Source: a bacterium (GTDB lineage Bacteria > Patescibacteriota > Dojkabacteria > JAKAPS01 > JAJZLI01). From it: a stretch of 64,000 nucleotides of DNA. The notes beneath the pieces are model-generated. The model ran no database searches. It had not been told where the DNA came from and was given only the letters and a program-made list of their open reading frames with translations. The position numbers and the translations under genes are program-made. The stretch's first letter is position 1. Every line of letters starts with the position of its first letter. Shown here one piece after another: positions 59,601-64,000 of this stretch. Location: contig JAKAWT010000001.1 of assembly GCA_021816845.1 (NCBI GenBank), positions 198,087 through 262,086 of the forward strand, given 5' to 3'.

Positions 59601-62370
59601 CATTTTCATTATCTATAGTTTGAGGTAGAGAATTTGTTGATGTTGCCCACGTTCCGGGTACTCCTCCAGTACCTATTTGTGCATATTCTATTGTAGATAG
59701 ATAATTACTACCAGTAAAACCCCCAATTTCATATATATATCCGTTATATACTATAGAGGCTGAATAATCAGTATTTTGAGGTAATGAATTGGTTGACGTA
59801 CTGAAAGTACCTGGTGCTCCGCCTGTACCTATAAGGGAATAGTCTACTGTATTTAAATAACTCCCATCATATCCGCCAAATACATAGATATACCCATTAT
59901 ACACTACTGAAGTATCGTGAGTTTGAGCATTAGGTAGAGAATTTGTTGATGTTGCCCACGTTCCAGGTACTCCTCCAGTACCTATTTGAGAATAATAAAC
60001 TGTTGATATACGTGCAGACGTTGTTCCGTCATACCCTCCAAGCTCATATATGTATCCTCCATATTCAACTGAGGTAGAAGAATTGATTTCTGCAGGAAGA
60101 GGGTTTGTTGCAGTAGTCCACGCACCTGGAGCTCCACCTGTACCTATAAGTGAGTAGTAAACTGCAGAAGATATTGCAGTACTACTAGTAGATCCTCCTA
60201 ATACATAAATATATCCTTGATACACCACTGAAGTTGCAAAATCCAGTCCCACAGGAAGAGCATTTGCTGCTGTTGCCCAAGTACCTGGTACACCTTGATT
60301 ATTAATCTGTGAATAGTAAACCGAAGATAAATAAGTTGAACCATTCAATCCACCTATATCATATATATATCCACCATATTCAACTGATGTGGAATATAGA
60401 ATAGATGCTGGCACAGCATTATTAGGGTTTACCCATGTACCTACTGTCCCGCCAGAAGCAGTTGGTGTATACTCTACTATAGTCACTGCAGCACTACCGT
60501 TATATCCACCCATATCATATATGTATCCGTTATATACAACTGAGGTAGTTCCAAACAAAGAAGTATTAAGGGATGTTGTAGCTGTCCATGACCCTAGTGT
60601 CCCTCCAGAGTTTATTGGTACATAATACACAGAATTTGTAGCAGCAGTAGTAAAGCCCCCTATCTCGTATATATATCCATTATATTCTACTGAAGTAGAA
60701 TTATATGTAGCAACAGGTAGGGAGGTTGTAGCTGCCCATGATGACCCTAGGGTACCATTAGAGTTTATAGGTATAGAATTTACCGTAGTCACTGCTGCAC
60801 TACCATTGTATCCTGCTATATCATATATATATCCGTTATATGCTATTGAGGTAGAGTTGTCCATCTTGACGGGCAGGGCTGTGGTAGAATTCCATGCTGA
60901 ACCTAAGGTACCATTAGAATTTATAGCTATATAATATACTGTAGTCACTGCTGCACCAGCAACATACCCTCCAATTTCGTAGATATAACCATTATATACT
61001 ACAGATGTAGCCGAATCTATAGAAGGAGAGAGAGATGTGGTAGAATTCCATGTACCTAATGCACCAGAAGATAATATTTGAGCGTAATACACAGCATTTG
61101 TAGATGTAGAACAAGAAGTATCTGTACACCCCCCGATTTCATATATATAACCATTGTATACTACAGACGTAGCGGAATTTAATGGTACAGGTATAGGAGT
61201 TGTAGTTATCCATGATGTACCTAACCCACCTGATGATAAAATCTGAGCATAATATACATTAGACAAGGTTGTCCCACCACTATTCTCACCACCGATCTCA
61301 TACACATATCCGTTATACTCCACAGATGTAGCATATTCATCAGTTTGGGGTAGTCCAGCGCTAGATAATAGTGGATTATTATTCCCTATGTTAATCCAAT
61401 TTAGATTTCCTGTATCTGTAAGGTATGAATTAGTGGTATTTATGTACTGAGCCATTGTTGACGACCCAATACCTCTATACACATTATATGAAGTTGCTCC
61501 CACTACAGGATTCCAAGATATTTTATTTTCTGACGTAGATCCTGTCGTGGTTACTGAAACTGCAGCTGATGGAGTAGTTTGCCCATAAGAAGTTAGAGCT
61601 GCAACTTCATAGTAATAAGTATTTGCAGATAAAGTTCCTCCCAAGAGTGATTGAGTTAAAGTTGTAGGAGCATTTGGAACAGGAGGAATAGTGAGTGTAA
61701 CAGTATTAGAACTAATACTCCCTGCAACCACATACAGATTATCAGTTCCTATAACAGAACCAGATGGTATTGTAAATACTATTTGAGTATTGGACCATGA
61801 TGTAACATCCCCTGTTGGGACTGTGTTACCTTGTATATTAATATTATTAGTTGATGTATCATAATTACCTGTACCAGGAGCACCAAATTCTGATCCATTT
61901 ATAGTAACACTTGTACCATCATATCCTGATGTAGGCGAAATTGAAGTTATACAAGGATTGATGGTAAATGCAAAAGATGCTGTACGATTTCCAATATTAA
62001 CATTTATATTCCCTGTAATAGTTCCTAAAGGTACCACTACTCCCGCTATTTGCGTATTAGACCAAGTATAGTTACTATTTGAAGGCGATGAACCATTTAC
62101 AGTAACAGTTGAAGAGCCCTGTGTTGATCCAAAATTTGATCCATTTATATTAATTGTATCTCCTACTCTTGCAGATGTAACAGACGTTGTAACAGTTGAT
62201 GAACATGCCGTTGCAGTAAGATCTACTGATGATATTGAAGGAGGCGGTCCAGCATATATAACACTTGTAATAAATATTAAGAATATAAGGAATATAGGTA
62301 TAGATATAAATAAAATCAAGCTATAGAATTTATTATATAGAATTTTATCTAAAAGTAGGCCTTTACCCAT
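56602..62370 (-). CDS. Giant surface adhesin-like protein (IPT/TIG, FN3-like, 12 kelch repeats, LamG-like, C-terminal WxL-like domain)
   Basis: Signal anchor, two INGSxFG TIG domains, YYYEV/SYNVYRG FN3-like modules and kelch repeats. Ends PTLSFSL...TNAYNGYTIS...PGTYQTNIVYTVVSSF. Confidence 0.85.
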   Translation of the reverse strand: MGKGLLLDKILYNKFYSLILFISIPIFLIFLIFITSVIYAGPPPSISSVDLTATACSSTVTTSVTSARVGDTININGSNFGSTQGSSTVTVNGSSPSNSNYTWSNTQIAGVVVPLGTITGNINVNIGNRTASFAFTINPCITSISPTSGYDGTSVTINGSEFGAPGTGNYDTSTNNINIQGNTVPTGDVTSWSNTQIVFTIPSGSVIGTDNLYVVAGSISSNTVTLTIPPVPNAPTTLTQSLLGGTLSANTYYYEVAALTSYGQTTPSAAVSVTTTGSTSENKISWNPVVGATSYNVYRGIGSSTMAQYINTTNSYLTDTGNLNWINIGNNNPLLSSAGLPQTDEYATSVEYNGYVYEIGGENSGGTTLSNVYYAQILSSGGLGTSWITTTPIPVPLNSATSVVYNGYIYEIGGCTDTSCSTSTNAVYYAQILSSGALGTWNSTTSLSPSIDSATSVVYNGYIYEIGGYVAGAAVTTVYYIAINSNGTLGSAWNSTTALPVKMDNSTSIAYNGYIYDIAGYNGSAAVTTVNSIPINSNGTLGSSWAATTSLPVATYNSTSVEYNGYIYEIGGFTTAATNSVYYVPINSGGTLGSWTATTSLNTSLFGTTSVVYNGYIYDMGGYNGSAAVTIVEYTPTASGGTVGTWVNPNNAVPASILYSTSVEYGGYIYDIGGLNGSTYLSSVYYSQINNQGVPGTWATAANALPVGLDFATSVVYQGYIYVLGGSTSSTAISSAVYYSLIGTGGAPGAWTTATNPLPAEINSSTSVEYGGYIYELGGYDGTTSARISTVYYSQIGTGGVPGTWATSTNSLPNAQTHDTSVVYNGYIYVFGGYDGSYLNTVDYSLIGTGGAPGTFSTSTNSLPQNTDYSASIVYNGYIYEIGGFTGSNYLSTIEYAQIGTGGVPGTWATSTNSLPQTIDNENAVIYNGYVYTVGGYDGTNTYQYVLWGYLNVPSTLNVAYTNTNQNTITWNALSGATSYKVYKGSSSGGETTYFLINNSVTTTFIDSGFNTPSSGSPPSSGGTAPTIASSSTSSVGGNIPYGTTYYYEVTGITSSGETLPSTEVSITANGTILTPTGVAVSTSSVSSSSITSGSWLNHNSINLGATISSPNNPDTLYLLVEVQPNGTAFTNSTTNFVTSGVGVYKSIAYSYSGTSIVASVTISGLPSNTQYHWQATVENADGVSSWVAMGGNPDFGIDTSSPISGGTNVIAWSGQPTALFSNGFESGTILTTSSPAGGWTSDGGTSLPLIQNNIQGHVLQGTYSVNMATSAAGTSYIANDTFNTSSAQVRMYINVSAVAFAATGDSITLMSISGASGTIATLNLLDTSSGPVLQATNSVGATSSQGTTILPLNTWNVIVFDLSISGTTGSIYTYLNGSQQVSLTSQNTGVSNMTTLTLGAVTDATSDSINMNMDNINVEDTSGLTQLAYGNPTPYTYTTPYFEFLGGYDQGSGITNYGVYFGQTATDYPVSTQTTEGYLSPSLTTSGMYYLNVVIYDNVGNTSLENVNFEYNFTPPPTAGAPNAPTSLEQLQSNGTTQITNDTWTTSGITTNVVFQFSMSSPNSTDTLTPEIELQQNGTAFTGTPNYSGTAVNYSGTAVTGIVDVTGLTNCTGYHWQAFVKNSSGLSSPVVFNSVNPNFSVSDSAPTAGTVYDGSVTGTETNTTASISSLGANWTGFSDTCSGLASTPYQVAVGTTPGGTNIYAYSSSSVVLNNPSPYNTVSLSSLPLHTGQTYYVSVQAINNAGLTTTVTSSGQYVVPTLSFSLNSSAVNLGDWNATNSYTTTNTSTLSVLTNAYNGYTISAYETSILTSLQNSSNTIPNFSAGSYASPASWPSGDYGFGYTSSATDINGVNLFSNGTLYAPFSQSGPGDVVAENQTNITGSNYTTTPTNYTITYKVAVQSIQSPGTYQTNIVYTVVSSF
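59540..61335 (-). repeat. 12 kelch repeats (about 52 aa each) in the adhesin
   Basis: Twelve copies of S-V/I-x-Y-N/G/Q-G-Y-I/V-Y-x-x-G-G followed by V.Y..I...G..G.W...LP. Boundaries are approximate. Confidence 0.9.
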
Positions 62371-62484
62371 TGAGTTTGTATTTAATATATAAAAGACAGA
62401 TTATTATATTCTAACTTTTATAAGTGCTTATTTCAATATTTTTAAAAATTCAAAATATATTTTTGTTCTATTAAATTTGGAATT

Positions 62485-63597
62485 TTAATCCAGAGTTTTT
62501 AAAGTTTCAAATAACCTTTTCTCATCACTTGATAACTTTTTAGGAATGTCCACTTTGACTGTAACATATAGATCTCCAACACCTCTACCATGAAGGTAAG
62601 GGATACCTTTTTGTTTGACTCTAAAAATTTCCCCACTTTGAGTTCCCTGTGGAATTTTTAATTTTATTGGTCCATATAAAGTATCTACATCCAATACACC
62701 TCCAAGTACTGCAGTTGGGATATTAATATGAGAAACTACCTTTAGATTATTCCCATCTCTCTTGAATCTAGAATCAGGGTTAACCTTGATGTGAATATAC
62801 AAATCTCCACTAACTCCTCCATTCAATCCAGCTCCACCTTCACCTTGAAATTTTAAAACACTCTCATCATTTGCACCCTTTGGTATTTTTATAGTCATTT
62901 TCTTTAACTGCTTAACCCTTCCAGTTCCAGAACATGTACGGCATTTATCTTTTATTATCTTTCCAGCGCCCTTACATGTAGAACATACCTCTGAGACTGC
63001 AACATTTCCAAAAAAACTTTGAGAGATTTTTCTTACATGACCAGTACCTTTACATGTTGGACATGTCTCAGTTTTTAAAGTTGAAGACCCAGTACCTTTA
63101 CACACAGTACATTTTACCATTGCATAAAAAGAAAGTTGCTTTTCTGCACCGAAAACTATGTCCTTAAGGTCAACATTTATATATATCTCCATATCATCAC
63201 CAGATAAATCTACAGACTCTGATCTACTTGATCCTTGTTGAGAAAATCCTCCACCAAAAAGATCTGAGAATATATCCTCAAACCCTCCAAAATTTGCACT
63301 AGAGGATTCATATCTAAAGCCACCAGTGGAACCACCAGTCTGCCCTCCAGAAGTATACCCACCACCAGGACCTCCTTGTTGGTTTGCAAAATCAGCGTTT
63401 CCGAATCTATCATAACTAGCTCTTTTTTGTGGATCAGACAAAACTGAATATGCTTCATTAATCTCTTTAAATTTTTTATCATCTGCAGATTTATTCTTAT
63501 CTGGGTGATGTTCTCCTGCAAGCTTTCTATATGCTCTTTTTATTTCTTTTATATCCGCATCACGTGATACACCTAAAATTTTATAATAATCATCCAT
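62485..63597 (-). CDS. dnaJ: Chaperone DnaJ
   Basis: J-domain HPD, G/F region and four CxxCxGxG motifs. Confidence 0.98.
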   Translation of the reverse strand: MDDYYKILGVSRDADIKEIKRAYRKLAGEHHPDKNKSADDKKFKEINEAYSVLSDPQKRASYDRFGNADFANQQGGPGGGYTSGGQTGGSTGGFRYESSSANFGGFEDIFSDLFGGGFSQQGSSRSESVDLSGDDMEIYINVDLKDIVFGAEKQLSFYAMVKCTVCKGTGSSTLKTETCPTCKGTGHVRKISQSFFGNVAVSEVCSTCKGAGKIIKDKCRTCSGTGRVKQLKKMTIKIPKGANDESVLKFQGEGGAGLNGGVSGDLYIHIKVNPDSRFKRDGNNLKVVSHINIPTAVLGGVLDVDTLYGPIKLKIPQGTQSGEIFRVKQKGIPYLHGRGVGDLYVTVKVDIPKKLSSDEKRLFETLKTLD

Positions 63598-63735
63598 AGC
63601 GAAAATATTTTAGCATATAAGTCAATAATCTGATAGTCTGTTTATGTCATTTAATCTTAACATTAATCAACTGGTTCTTGATTCTTTACCAATTGTTTCA
63701 TAAGGGATATCATATATTCATGATATAATGGGACC

Positions 63736-64000
63736 ATGGCAAAATATATGTATGTAAAAGAAATTCACACTAGAAAACCTCTAATTTTCAAGGTTAGAAT
63801 TCCTCTGAGCTATCCAAAATTAAAAATACCACATATCGGTTTTAAAAAAAGAAAGATGTTTCAAAGAAGAAAGTTAAGATTTAATTATGGATCTATATTT
63901 TTAATAGTAATAGGTGGATTTTTTGTATTTATAGCAGCATCACCACTCATTAAATACTATATAGATACAAACCTTTTGCATAAATATCAGACTGCTATAG
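63736..64000 (+). CDS. Membrane protein, probable sortase N-terminus (3'-truncated by window edge)
   Basis: Open frame MAKYMYVK...GSIFLIVIGGFFVFIAASPLI runs to the window end, with TGaTATAAT 6 nt upstream. The sortase call rests only on recalled CPR N-termini; the catalytic domain is not visible. Confidence 0.45.
   Translation, partial: MAKYMYVKEIHTRKPLIFKVRIPLSYPKLKIPHIGFKKRKMFQRRKLRFNYGSIFLIVIGGFFVFIAASPLIKYYIDTNLLHKYQTAI

Noticed and set aside
56602-62370. Diversity-generating retroelement target
   Set aside because: No reverse transcriptase and no template/variable repeat pair with adenine-specific differences seen. The repeats are ordinary in-gene kelch duplications.

Overview
A very AT-rich bacterial chromosome segment, genetic code 11, most likely from Patescibacteria/CPR. 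The assignment is inferred from the missing rpmD in the spc cluster, the FtsA-like plus baseplate-J-like gene pair, the short IF-2 and the degenerate DHH protein. About half the window is housekeeping: tuf-S10-spc-secY, adk-map, ftsK, rpsO-pnp, nusA-infB, rnj, dnaJ and four tRNAs (three Ser, one Arg-GCG). I saw no rRNA, CRISPR array, transposase or integrase. Five things stand out. (1) A translationally coupled ThiF adenylyltransferase + acyl-CoA ligase + 7TM histidine kinase operon, a candidate signal-synthesis and sensing module. (2) A 10-kb five-gene surface cluster with WxL/Csc-like architecture: a giant kelch/FN3/LamG adhesin and a small subunit, each followed by its own DUF916-like membrane partner, plus an anchor protein and a probable sortase nearby. 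(3) Short palindromic units in 14-15-bp-period micro-arrays, found in intergenic DNA and in frame within protein tails and linkers. (4) Many intact proteins that have lost catalytic residues: two His-less kinases, a Cys-less peroxiredoxin, a non-cleavable CI/LexA-like repressor, a protease-less Lon and a Gre C-domain-only protein. (5) Widespread leaderless promoters. All calls come from motif reading by eye; no database search was run.
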